From: an uncultured Candidatus Saccharibacteria bacterium
Lineage (GTDB): Bacteria > Patescibacteriota > Saccharimonadia > Saccharimonadales > 2-12-FULL-41-12
Direction of reading: 5' to 3'
DNA length: 53,888 nt
NCBI GenBank assembly: GCA_964521095.1
Contig: CAZFPJ010000002.1
Location: 215,108 to 268,995, forward strand
Under the pieces are notes generated by a model. The model was not told where the DNA came from. It worked only from the letters and a program-made list of their open reading frames with translations, and did not search any database. This document shows positions 8,184-19,436 of the stretch, in pieces. Position 1 is the first letter of the stretch. Each line of letters starts with the position of its first letter. Position numbers and translations under genes: made by a program.

Positions 8184-9023
8184 ATGAACGACAAAGAGCC
8201 ACACGAGCAAGCTAAGAGCAGTAAACGTGCATTACGATTTAACAAAAAAGTCGCTACCTATGTATTAGGGGCTATAGCGGCAGTTGTACTACTGGCTGGC
8301 GGCTGGTACGGCTACGCATACGCATCTACTCCTGAACATCTCAGAAAACCGACCTATCAGCATTACCATTACCGCACACAAATACTGGTTAACGGTAAGG
8401 CGGTTGACTTTTCAAAGGATGAATTTCAAGTAGTAAGCGGTAATTCTGCCACGTGTAGTGCGGAAGTTGGCAGTATACCGATAGACTTTCACGATAAGAT
8501 GGATCAGCTGACACACGTTCATTGGAATGGGATGACGGGCGGTGAGTTTTTAAAATACTTCGGCTGGAACTTCATTGGTGGTGATGATGAAGTGCTCGGA
8601 CGACGGTACGATGCAGGTATAATGCCTAGCTCAGTAAAGATATATGGCAAGGTTCTGCCAGCCGTACCTGATAAAGCTAACTTCTACGTATATGTAGGCG
8701 ACAAGAGCGACTATCAGAAAAAAGATTGGAATGACTTTCTGAAACAGGATATTGAGACGTTCTTCGGCAAAAAGAGCAACATAGGACACAGCGAAGAAGT
8801 ATCATCTGCTAATGTCCTCAACTGGCTATTTCCAAAAGCCTCTGCTCACGGCGGCGTGATAGATGAGCATCCGTCCGAAAAATCAGAGGAAGAATTGACG
8901 CGTATTAACAACCTAGTTGGTAATGTAGCTATATTTGTACAAGAAAATGAACCTACCAAAGAACAAATACAGGCACGTTTTGATAACCTTGTGCCTTTAC
9001 ACGAAAGTACGTGCGGGGATTAA
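8184..9023 (+). CDS. Membrane-anchored hypothetical protein with conserved-looking His clusters
   Basis: One TM helix, then YQHYHYRTQILVNGKAVDF and QLTHVHWNGMTGGEF, and a C-terminal HESTCGD. The ATG at 8184 is preferred over the GTG at 8172. Confidence 0.55.
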   Translation: MNDKEPHEQAKSSKRALRFNKKVATYVLGAIAAVVLLAGGWYGYAYASTPEHLRKPTYQHYHYRTQILVNGKAVDFSKDEFQVVSGNSATCSAEVGSIPIDFHDKMDQLTHVHWNGMTGGEFLKYFGWNFIGGDDEVLGRRYDAGIMPSSVKIYGKVLPAVPDKANFYVYVGDKSDYQKKDWNDFLKQDIETFFGKKSNIGHSEEVSSANVLNWLFPKASAHGGVIDEHPSEKSEEELTRINNLVGNVAIFVQENEPTKEQIQARFDNLVPLHESTCGD

Positions 9024-9026
9024 ATT

Positions 9027-11051
9027 ATGGATCACTCACACCACGAACATCATCACGATAACAATGAGCGCCAGGAGCACGACAAGCACGCCGGTCATTC
9101 GGTAGCAATGTTTAAGGATAAGTTCTGGCTATCGTTGCTGCTGACTATCCCCGTGCTCGTCTATTCCGAAATGATACAGCATTGGCTGAACATTACGCCG
9201 CCAGCATTTCCTGGTTCGCAGTATGTGCCTTTTGTATTAAGTACCGTCATATTCTTTTATGGCGGTATGGTGTTCATTCGTAGTGCGTTGGGTGAGCTAA
9301 AAGCCAAACTGCCAGGTATGATGACTTTGATCAGCCTGGCAATTATTACGGCTTATGTATATAGCATTGCAACACAGTTTTTTATTGAGGGCGAGGGTTT
9401 CTTTTGGGAGCTTGCGACCTTAGTAACGATTATGCTGCTCGGACACTGGCTGGAGATGGCGTCGGTTGCCAAAGCTGAGAATGCCCTTGATGCCATCTCT
9501 AAGCTACTACCTGATAAAGCCGAAAAGTTGGTTAATGGTAAACCAAAACAGGTGCTAGTCAGTGAGCTAAAGGTCGGTGACTTGGTGCTAATCCGTCCAG
9601 GTGCAAGCATACCCGTTGATGGTGTGATTATGGACGGTAGCTCGTCAGTTGATGAAGCTGCTATCACTGGCGAAAGCAAACCCGTAACTAAAGGTGTAGA
9701 TGATGAAGTTGTCGCTGGTACTAACAATCAGGACGGCTCACTGACCGTAAAGGTTACAAAAATCGGTCAGGATACCGCACTGGCGGGTATTATGCGTCTT
9801 GTAGCTGAGGCTCAAAGCTCAAAGTCTAATGTGCAAGTGCTTGCAGATAAAGCAGCCTTTTATCTGACTATCGTTGCAATCGCAACTTCAATTGTTACTT
9901 TTGTATTCTGGCTGATTGCCAAAGATGCGGGTTTTGCATTAGAGCGGTCAGTCACGGTTCTGATCATCGCTTGTCCACACGCACTAGGTTTGGCTATACC
10001 ATTGGTTGTTTCAATCTCTACTGCACTATCAGCTCGCAACGGTCTGCTGGTACGCAAACGTCTTGCCCTTGAGGCAGCACGCAACTTAGATTGGGTACTT
10101 TTTGATAAGACAGGCACACTGACTAAGGGCGAACACGGTGTTACGGACGTATGGGCTACAAAAGGCTATACAGAGGAAGACATATTGCACCTCACAGCCA
10201 GCCTTGAACAAAACAGTGAACATATTGTTGGCAAGGGTATCGTCAGGAAAGCTGAGGAACAGCACGTTCATCTTGATAAAGTCGCTAATTTCAAAGCGTT
10301 ACCTGGTTTAGGTGTGCAAGGCACTTTGCACGGCAGTGAGGTGTATATTGCCGCCAGCTATCGCTATATTGAGGAAAATAAGCTAATTGTTCCCGCTGAA
10401 ATTGCCCACTCGGTGAAGCAAGCAGCAAAAGAGGGTAAGACAGAGGTATATCTGATAACAGATAAAAAGGTTGTTGGAGCGTTAGGTTTGGCTGACATTG
10501 TGCGTGAACAGTCCAAGCAGACTATAAAAACGCTCAAAGAAATGGGCATAAAGACTGCAATGATAACTGGCGACTCCGATGAGGTAGCCGCTTACGTCTC
10601 AAAACAACTTGGACTAGACCAGTATTTTGCTGAGGTTAAACCAGAGGATAAAGCGGCAAAAGTTAAAGAATTACAGAAAAATGGTCAACAAGTTGCAATG
10701 GTAGGCGACGGTATCAATGATGCACCTGCACTAACACAGGCAGATATTGGTATAGCTATTGGTGCTGGTACGGACGTTGCTATCAAGTCAGCAGATATAA
10801 TCCTTGTAAAAAGCGACCCTCAAGACGTAGTAAAGGTAATCAACCTATCCAAATGTACATATAGCAAAATGGCTCAGAACCTAGTTTGGGCTACTGGTTA
10901 CAATATATTTGCCATTCCTTTGGCGGCGGGTGTTTTGTTTGGATCAGGCATCGTACTAGCCCCTGCCTTGGGTGCGGTTCTAATGTCAGCCTCAACAGTT
11001 ATTGTTGCATTAAATGCTCAATTGCTCCGACGAGCCAATCTAGCAAATTGA
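9027..11051 (+). CDS. copB: Copper-translocating P1B-type ATPase, CopB-like (His-rich N-terminus, CPH motif)
   Basis: The N-terminus is MDHSHHEHHHDNNERQEHDKHAGH. The TM motif is IIACPHALGLAIP, the phosphorylation site is DKTGTLT, and the hinge is GDGINDAP. Confidence 0.9.
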   Translation: MDHSHHEHHHDNNERQEHDKHAGHSVAMFKDKFWLSLLLTIPVLVYSEMIQHWLNITPPAFPGSQYVPFVLSTVIFFYGGMVFIRSALGELKAKLPGMMTLISLAIITAYVYSIATQFFIEGEGFFWELATLVTIMLLGHWLEMASVAKAENALDAISKLLPDKAEKLVNGKPKQVLVSELKVGDLVLIRPGASIPVDGVIMDGSSSVDEAAITGESKPVTKGVDDEVVAGTNNQDGSLTVKVTKIGQDTALAGIMRLVAEAQSSKSNVQVLADKAAFYLTIVAIATSIVTFVFWLIAKDAGFALERSVTVLIIACPHALGLAIPLVVSISTALSARNGLLVRKRLALEAARNLDWVLFDKTGTLTKGEHGVTDVWATKGYTEEDILHLTASLEQNSEHIVGKGIVRKAEEQHVHLDKVANFKALPGLGVQGTLHGSEVYIAASYRYIEENKLIVPAEIAHSVKQAAKEGKTEVYLITDKKVVGALGLADIVREQSKQTIKTLKEMGIKTAMITGDSDEVAAYVSKQLGLDQYFAEVKPEDKAAKVKELQKNGQQVAMVGDGINDAPALTQADIGIAIGAGTDVAIKSADIILVKSDPQDVVKVINLSKCTYSKMAQNLVWATGYNIFAIPLAAGVLFGSGIVLAPALGAVLMSASTVIVALNAQLLRRANLAN

Positions 11052-11282
11052 ACCTGGAAATAAAAAACGGGCATTTCTGCCCAACTTGGTGATGTTTGAA
11101 AAGAGGGGTATCTAAATCAAGCTACCCTCTAACTGGAATTGTTCAACGAGGTATTTCAGTTTATAATCCTCTTGTGCATCAATAGCTGCCGTTTGAAATG
11201 CGTCAACTATGCTGCACCAAAGAAAGAGTCCAGTGAAAACTGGGCTTTTTCTTTGGCATAAAATGCCACTAAATCGGAAATG

Positions 11283-11309
11283 TCGCCCTGTGGGGCGATG
11301 TTTTGATTT
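11283..11309 (+). terminator. Intrinsic terminator (plus-strand sense)
   Basis: Stem TCGCCC, loop TGTG, stem GGGCGA, followed by TGTTTTGATTT. Confidence 0.55.
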
Positions 11310-11325
11310 AACTCAGAGATAAGAT

Positions 11326-11685
11326 TTAGTTTTTAGGCGGATCGGTTGACTCAGGAGGGGTTGAGGGATATTTGTCAGCTTGTTCGGCCTTTTTCTTTTC
11401 TGCAAAAAAGTAGATAATAGCTGCTATAAAGCTAAGGCCGAGGACAAATGATACTCCAAGAATTGCTATCCACATGGTTCTGTCGGGGCTGTTGTATTGT
11501 ATGGCGTGGATTAGCATCCAAAGCCAGAACGCAAAAGCAATAATTGACAACAGTATAATAATGGCAATTACGGCAATGCCAAGCCCCAAGAATGATCCGG
11601 CTTTGTTGGCCAGTTCGGCGCAGTCTACAGCCTGGCCGTTTAGGGTGCACTGCGAATTTGCAGATTGAGCGAATAATAAGTTCAT
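11326..11685 (-). CDS. Small membrane protein with PLDc_N-like (cardiolipin synthase N-terminal-like) segment
   Basis: The start at 11685 is preceded by AAGGAG. TM helices are present and the segment WLWMLIHAIQYNSPDRTMWIAILG fits the family. The ORF-track start at 11742 was rejected. Confidence 0.6.
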   Translation of the reverse strand: MNLLFAQSANSQCTLNGQAVDCAELANKAGSFLGLGIAVIAIIILLSIIAFAFWLWMLIHAIQYNSPDRTMWIAILGVSFVLGLSFIAAIIYFFAEKKKAEQADKYPSTPPESTDPPKN

Positions 11686-11875
11686 GGTTCTCCTTGATTC
11701 GTTATTGATGTCATTGAACCACAGAAATAATCTATTTTGCAACCGTTCGTAAACTGTTTTTATGATATAATTCTCGAGAAGTTGGTCGCATAGTTTAATG
11801 GTTTAGGGAGTTAGATTCTCGTCCTAAAATCCGGGTCCGATTTTTAGAGAATCACGGTTACAATTAATTGTTTTT

Positions 11876-11949
11876 GGCGCGTTGGCCGAGGAGTTAGGCA
11901 GTGGTCTGCAAAACCACATACACCGGTGCAAATCCGGTACGTGCCTCCA
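11876..11949 (+). tRNA. tRNA-Cys (anticodon GCA), discriminator U, CCA encoded, unusual T-loop TGCAAAT
   Basis: Acceptor stem is GGCGCGT/ACGTGCC, anticodon arm is GTGGT-CTGCAAA-ACCAC, T arm is ACCGG-TGCAAAT-CCGGT. Confidence 0.88.
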
Positions 11950-11962
11950 AAATTAACAATCT

Positions 11963-12045
11963 GGGCGAGTGGTGGAATTGGTATACACAGCGGACTTAAA
12001 ATCCGTGCCAACGGCATGAGGGTTCGAGTCCCTCCTCGCCCACCA
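11963..12045 (+). tRNA. tRNA-Leu (anticodon TAA), long variable arm, CCA encoded
   Basis: Acceptor stem is GGGCGAG/CTCGCCC, anticodon arm is GCGGA-CTTAAAA-TCCGT, T-loop is TTCGAGT. Confidence 0.92.
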
Positions 12046-12117
12046 AAATACAGGTGTTACGACTTTTTATAAAGTGGTATACTTTTATTTATAAGGATTA
12101 ACATTAAGGAGTTAGTA

Positions 12118-12681
12118 ATGGTATATGGAATTATTGGTGTAGCGGTTCTTTTGGTGGTGATTATTGTTTTTATTTATAACGGTTTGGTCCGAAGTAAGGT
12201 CCGTGTAGACGAAGCTTGGAGCGATATTACTGTACAAATGAAGCGCCGTTTTGACTTAATTCCTAACCTGGTTAGTGCTGTTAAGGGATACGCCAAACAC
12301 GAAGCAGAAACTTTACAAAAAGTTACTGAAGAACGAAGTACAGCATTGCAGGGTGGTGGTTCCGTAAAGGAAGCTGCCAAAGCCGATAATGTATTTAGTG
12401 AGGCATTGAAGAGCCTATTTGCGGTATCAGAGAGCTACCCAGACCTAAAGGCCAACCAAAACTTTATGCAACTGCAGGCCGAGATAACAGATACAGAAGA
12501 CAAAATTCAGGCTGCAAGACGGTTTTATAACGGTGCTGCTAGAGATCTGAACATCAAGATCAAAACATTCCCAAGCATCCTCTTTGCTGGGATGATGGGC
12601 TTTTCTGAACGAGAATTTTTTGAGGTTGACGAAGCAGAAAAGTCGCAAGTCGAGAAACCCGTAGAAGTTAAATTCCAATAA
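12118..12681 (+). CDS. lemA: LemA family protein
   Basis: An N-terminal TM helix is followed by YNGLVRSKVRVDEAWSDITVQMKRRFDLIPNLVSAVKGYAKHE. An AAGGAG RBS lies upstream. Confidence 0.9.
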   Translation: MVYGIIGVAVLLVVIIVFIYNGLVRSKVRVDEAWSDITVQMKRRFDLIPNLVSAVKGYAKHEAETLQKVTEERSTALQGGGSVKEAAKADNVFSEALKSLFAVSESYPDLKANQNFMQLQAEITDTEDKIQAARRFYNGAARDLNIKIKTFPSILFAGMMGFSEREFFEVDEAEKSQVEKPVEVKFQ

Positions 12682-12702
12682 GCATAAACAGGCAACTGTA
12701 AT

Positions 12703-14082
12703 ATGAGTTTGTTTAGCGTCCTTGGCTTTGGGTCGCTTGGCCAATACTTTGCTAGTGCTGGTGGTGGTGGCTCTGGTGGCGATTCTGGTGGCGGCGAAAT
12801 TTTGGCCTTGGTCAGTTATGTGCCCATGCACTTTTTGGGTAGGGTCTTCAGAAAGAAATGGCAAAAAAATGAAGATATCAAAATCCCTTTACAAATAGCT
12901 GGATGGGTCGTTGCGTTAGTGTATGGCGGGCTATTAGCGATCTTTGGGTTTATTGGATTTATTCTTGCTGTACTCTCTTTGGTGGGCATGGGGGCTGGAC
13001 TGTATGGTTGGTTTGGCGGAGTTGTAAAGCAAAGCAAAAAAGTTAAGCAAGCCTTGACTAAGGCTTCTGCTACAGACAGCTCATGGAACGAAGAGCAGTT
13101 ATTGGGATATGCCCGTCAAGTATTCGCGCAGTTCCAGCTGGACTGGTCAAAACAGGACTTTGAATCTTTTAAGCGATATTCGACAACAAAGTACGCTCAG
13201 CACAATTCGCTCTTAATCGGAGCGATGAAACAGATGGGGAGAGCCAACATAGTAGATAGCCCCGAAATTTCTGATATAGGGGTTACTTTTGTAGATGATA
13301 AGACTGGCAATGCAGGCGATAGAGTGGGGATTAGTATTGTAGCAACAGCTAACGATAAGTTGGTAGAAACATCTACCCAGAAGACACTGTTTGAAAATGT
13401 TAGTGACTTTGAAGAAACTTGGTATTTCACCAAGGATGAAGGGGTCTGGATGTTGGAGTCTATATGGCCAGGCACTAGCGACGAGGGACAAAAGAACCAA
13501 GCCCTAGAGGATTTTGCGAATAAAAACGGTTGTTTCTATAGGTTAGACATGGGCTGGCTACTCCTTCCTGCAAGGGGCGAGTTATTTAAAGATGGGAAGT
13601 TCGGCACATCAGATATCAATAACCATGTTATTGGTCTGTACAATACACAGTATATTTTGCAGATGTATACATACATCCCAGACCCCAGTAAAGACAAGCC
13701 AAAGAATTATTTAATAGCACAGACAAATGTTCCAAAAAATTACGGAAGAATTTTGGTTAAAAGAAAGAAATCTATATTTGACAAGATGGGTGCGACAGAT
13801 TTGCTCGGCGCTTTTAAGAGCGATGGTATGCAAAAAGTAAGCCTTGAGTGGGAGCAGTTCAATAAAAAGTATGAAGTATCGGCAAGTGATGCCGAGCAGG
13901 TTACAGCTTTTGAACTCTTGCATCCGGTTTTCTTAGAAAAACTCGAGGGGCTACCATTTGAAGTAAATATTGAGGTAGTCGATAATTTTGTATATCTGTT
14001 TACCGAGGCAAAAACAAGCCCCGAGCATTACACATCGATGTTAGCAATTTTGCAAGAAGCATATAAACAGATGAAACTGTAA
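12703..14082 (+). CDS. Membrane protein with Gly-rich N-terminus, Tim44-like domain and DUF3137-like C-terminal domain
   Basis: The N-terminus carries GGGGSGGDSGGGE and there are 2-3 TM helices. The Tim44-like part runs SWNEEQLLGYARQVFAQFQLDWSK...ETWYFTKDEGVWMLESI. The DUF3137-like part contains VSLEWEQFNKKYEVSASD..AFELLHPVFLEKL. Confidence 0.55.
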   Translation: MSLFSVLGFGSLGQYFASAGGGGSGGDSGGGEILALVSYVPMHFLGRVFRKKWQKNEDIKIPLQIAGWVVALVYGGLLAIFGFIGFILAVLSLVGMGAGLYGWFGGVVKQSKKVKQALTKASATDSSWNEEQLLGYARQVFAQFQLDWSKQDFESFKRYSTTKYAQHNSLLIGAMKQMGRANIVDSPEISDIGVTFVDDKTGNAGDRVGISIVATANDKLVETSTQKTLFENVSDFEETWYFTKDEGVWMLESIWPGTSDEGQKNQALEDFANKNGCFYRLDMGWLLLPARGELFKDGKFGTSDINNHVIGLYNTQYILQMYTYIPDPSKDKPKNYLIAQTNVPKNYGRILVKRKKSIFDKMGATDLLGAFKSDGMQKVSLEWEQFNKKYEVSASDAEQVTAFELLHPVFLEKLEGLPFEVNIEVVDNFVYLFTEAKTSPEHYTSMLAILQEAYKQMKL

Positions 14083-14106
14083 GCTTTTGTAGGTATAATA
14101 GGGTAT

Positions 14107-14976
14107 ATGTATTCAAATATCGCTGCAAACAAACGAAAGACTTTTTATATTTTCTTTGGATTCATGGCTTTGATAGGCGCTTTGGCCTGGATCATTGCTG
14201 CATATTTTGGTGAGCCAATCATTACACCGTATGTTTTTGTCGGTGGCCTAATTTACGCCACAGTTGTTTATTACAGTGGTTCGAAGATGTCGCTGGCAGT
14301 TAATGGTGCCCAGGAGATTAAAAAATCTGACAACCCACGATTGTTCCGTATGGTTGAAAACCTTGCCATAGCCAATGGTCTGCCAATGCCCAAAGTTTAT
14401 ATTATGCAAGATCCGTCGCTTAACGCTTTTGCGACCGGGCGTAACCCCGATCACTCTGCTGTATGTGTTACCACTGGACTATTAGAAGTGATGAACGACA
14501 ATGAGTTAGAAGGCGTCATGGCTCACGAGTTGGGGCACATAAAAAATTATGATATTCGGGTATCTATGTACGCTTTTGCGCTGGTTGCAGTTATCTCACT
14601 TTTAGCCGACATGATTATGTACATGACATGGTTTAGAGGTAACCGCGAGAATAACGGCGCAGTAGCAGTGCTTGGTATAGTGGCTATGATACTAGCACCT
14701 TTGATAGCTGGCTTAATACAAATGGCTATTTCTCGCAGGCGAGAGTACCTGGCAGATGCAACTGGTGCATTAACAACTCGATACCCAGAGGGTCTTGCAA
14801 GTGCTTTAGAAAAGATAGCTTCCAACGGCAGTGCTATACAAAAACAAAATACTTCTACAGCTCATTTATTTTTTGCAAACCCGCTCAAGGGTGGTTCGCT
14901 AATGGGCTTGTTTAGTACTCATCCGCCTATCGAAGCTAGAGTAAAAGCCCTTCGAGAGATGAGCATAAAAGAGTAG
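14107..14976 (+). CDS. htpX: Zinc metalloprotease HtpX (peptidase M48)
   Basis: The zinc motif is HELGHIKN, TM helices are present, and a REYLADA segment follows downstream. Confidence 0.9.
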   Translation: MYSNIAANKRKTFYIFFGFMALIGALAWIIAAYFGEPIITPYVFVGGLIYATVVYYSGSKMSLAVNGAQEIKKSDNPRLFRMVENLAIANGLPMPKVYIMQDPSLNAFATGRNPDHSAVCVTTGLLEVMNDNELEGVMAHELGHIKNYDIRVSMYAFALVAVISLLADMIMYMTWFRGNRENNGAVAVLGIVAMILAPLIAGLIQMAISRRREYLADATGALTTRYPEGLASALEKIASNGSAIQKQNTSTAHLFFANPLKGGSLMGLFSTHPPIEARVKALREMSIKE

Positions 14977-14986
14977 GTGCATTAAG

Positions 14987-17952
<2,966 letters not shown>

Positions 17953-18058
17953 CTGAAATTTGGTTACAATGCTTATGTTTCGTGCGTCGGCTCTTTATTT
18001 AGGCGAAAGCGCACATGCAAAAACAAAAAACAAAAGAGCCCGGTGGGCGCGCACGAAA

Positions 18059-18086
18059 ATCACCCCTGTCAAAGGGGTGATTTTAT
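18059..18086 (+). terminator. Intrinsic terminator
   Basis: A 9-bp stem, ATCACCCCT/AGGGGTGAT, has loop GTCAA and is followed by TTTTAT. Confidence 0.75.
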
Positions 18087-18110
18087 GATATAGTTTTATG
18101 AGTGTTGTGC

Positions 18111-18131
18111 ATGGGGATATAGCTCAGTTGA
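18111..18131 (+). repeat. Duplicate of the tRNA-Ala leader and 5' end (21-nt exact copy of 18230-18250)
   Basis: atggggatatagctcagttga occurs twice, 119 nt apart. The first copy has no remaining tRNA body. Confidence 0.8.
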
Positions 18132-18231
18132 GGAGTCTTCAGCAAAAGTATTGTTCTTGCGCTGTAATCAACTGGTGTACAAGGTGTGTTTGTTCCTGAT
18201 AAAATCTAGACTACCAAGTAATTTACAATAT

Positions 18232-18308
18232 GGGGATATAGCTCAGTTGATTAGAGCGCTACGCTGGCAGCGTAGAGGTCGAGGGTTTGAGTCCCTCTAT
18301 CTCCACCA
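18232..18308 (+). tRNA. tRNA-Ala (anticodon GGC), G3:U70 present, CCA encoded, unusual D-loop and T-loop
   Basis: The fold is GGGGATA-TA-GCTC-AGTTGATTA-GAGC-G-CTACG-CTGGCAG-CGTAG-AGGTC-GAGGG-TTTGAGT-CCCTC-TATCTCC-A-CCA. Confidence 0.92.
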
Positions 18309-18376
18309 TATAATTAGAGGATACATGCTACACTATAAGGGAATAAAATCGACAGGGAGTAAATAAGGTAATAGTT

Positions 18377-19363
18377 ATGGCAAAGAAAACGACCAAGGCA
18401 AAAAATAAGTCATCTAAAAAAAATAGCACCACAAAGATCAAGAAGACATTAAGTATAAAAAAACCTTCGCTATCTTTTCCTAGGCTCTCGTATAAAGCAA
18501 CAGTTAGCGTATTGCTGTTAATAGCTGTATTGCTTTTGACATTTAGCGTTTGGGGCTGGTGGAAATATGTCTTTGTAAACCCAGATAGACTGATGAGCGA
18601 TATGTTAGATACCAGTTTACAGGTTTCTAATACTAGTAAAGTGACATCACAGAATAGTACTCAGGGTAGTGCGACCCAAGCAGTTCGTCTTGGCTTTAAT
18701 CCAGGCGTTTATTCTCATACGCTAACACAGATGACTCAGGCTAATCAGAGTGGAGGCAAGAGTGTTGTTGTTACAGAAACCATCGGTACGCAAAATGCAG
18801 ATTTTGTTCGTTATAGAGCAATTGAGCTAGGAGCCAATGTCAAGGGCATAGACAAGATATTAAATGTATGGGCCTCGCAAAACGCTGACAAAGAAAAGGG
18901 AGTAGAACCTACCTTCTTAAATCAGGCGGGACTTACTGTAGTACCTTTCGGTAACTTGGGCACTGAAGATCGAGCTACTCTGACAAATATGTTCGACAGT
19001 AAAGATGTTTATCATATAGAAGGTAGCACTCTAGAGTGGAGTGGTCTCCGTCCACGAATGGTGTATAACATCAGCATTAAGCCAGCCGACCTCATTAGTG
19101 TACTTAGAGAATACTCAAAGATGACAGGCACCGGAGATCCTAGCCAGCTTAATCCAGATGACTACAAAAATGCCAGAAAACTTGAAGCACAGATGGTAGT
19201 TGATCCATGGAGCAGACAACTGGTGTCTATTAGCTACCCAGACTCAGGCCGAGTAGAAAACTACACAGGTTACGGTATTCGCGACAATCTTGGCACCAAG
19301 CTACCAGGCAACACAATCACCATGCAGGAGCTACAATCCCGCACGCAGTCTATAGCTCAATAG
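18377..19363 (+). CDS. Membrane-anchored extracytoplasmic hypothetical protein
   Basis: 328 aa with a Lys-rich N-terminus, a single TM helix and a large soluble domain. No motif recognised. Confidence 0.55.
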   Translation: MAKKTTKAKNKSSKKNSTTKIKKTLSIKKPSLSFPRLSYKATVSVLLLIAVLLLTFSVWGWWKYVFVNPDRLMSDMLDTSLQVSNTSKVTSQNSTQGSATQAVRLGFNPGVYSHTLTQMTQANQSGGKSVVVTETIGTQNADFVRYRAIELGANVKGIDKILNVWASQNADKEKGVEPTFLNQAGLTVVPFGNLGTEDRATLTNMFDSKDVYHIEGSTLEWSGLRPRMVYNISIKPADLISVLREYSKMTGTGDPSQLNPDDYKNARKLEAQMVVDPWSRQLVSISYPDSGRVENYTGYGIRDNLGTKLPGNTITMQELQSRTQSIAQ

Positions 19364-19436
19364 TTTTATTTTGCAAATAGAATCCCCTCAGACTATACTT
19401 GGGCTTAGTAGTTAAGTCATCAAGGAGGGATCTTGC

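Noticed and set aside
7748-8184. ORF-track starts that extend genes upstream: 7748 TTG, 8172 GTG, 11742, 48640, 50316 and 52273.
   Set aside because: In each case a downstream ATG has a better RBS or -10 context, removes an overlap with the neighbouring gene, or yields a sensible signal peptide or family N-terminus. The shorter coordinates are used in the feature list.
11102-11130. GAGGGGTA-N12-TACCCTC as a second CsoR operator downstream of copB.
   Set aside because: The half-sites are in the opposite order to the upstream operator (GGGGTA before TACCC) with a 12-nt spacer. The site lies after the operon, not at a promoter. It is more simply a hairpin.
11212-11221. ctgcaccaaa as a possible attR copy of the tRNA-Gly 3' end (ctgcccgcaccaaa), bounding the copper island.
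   Set aside because: It is only a gapped match of about 10 nt, which is within chance expectation.
11784-11845. tRNA-like start (GGTCGCATAGTTTAATGG...) with a possible CTC anticodon loop, upstream of tRNA-Cys.
   Set aside because: I could not find a matching acceptor 3' strand or a T arm. The D stem and anticodon stem pair poorly. It may be another decayed tRNA, but I cannot support it as a gene or assign a parent.
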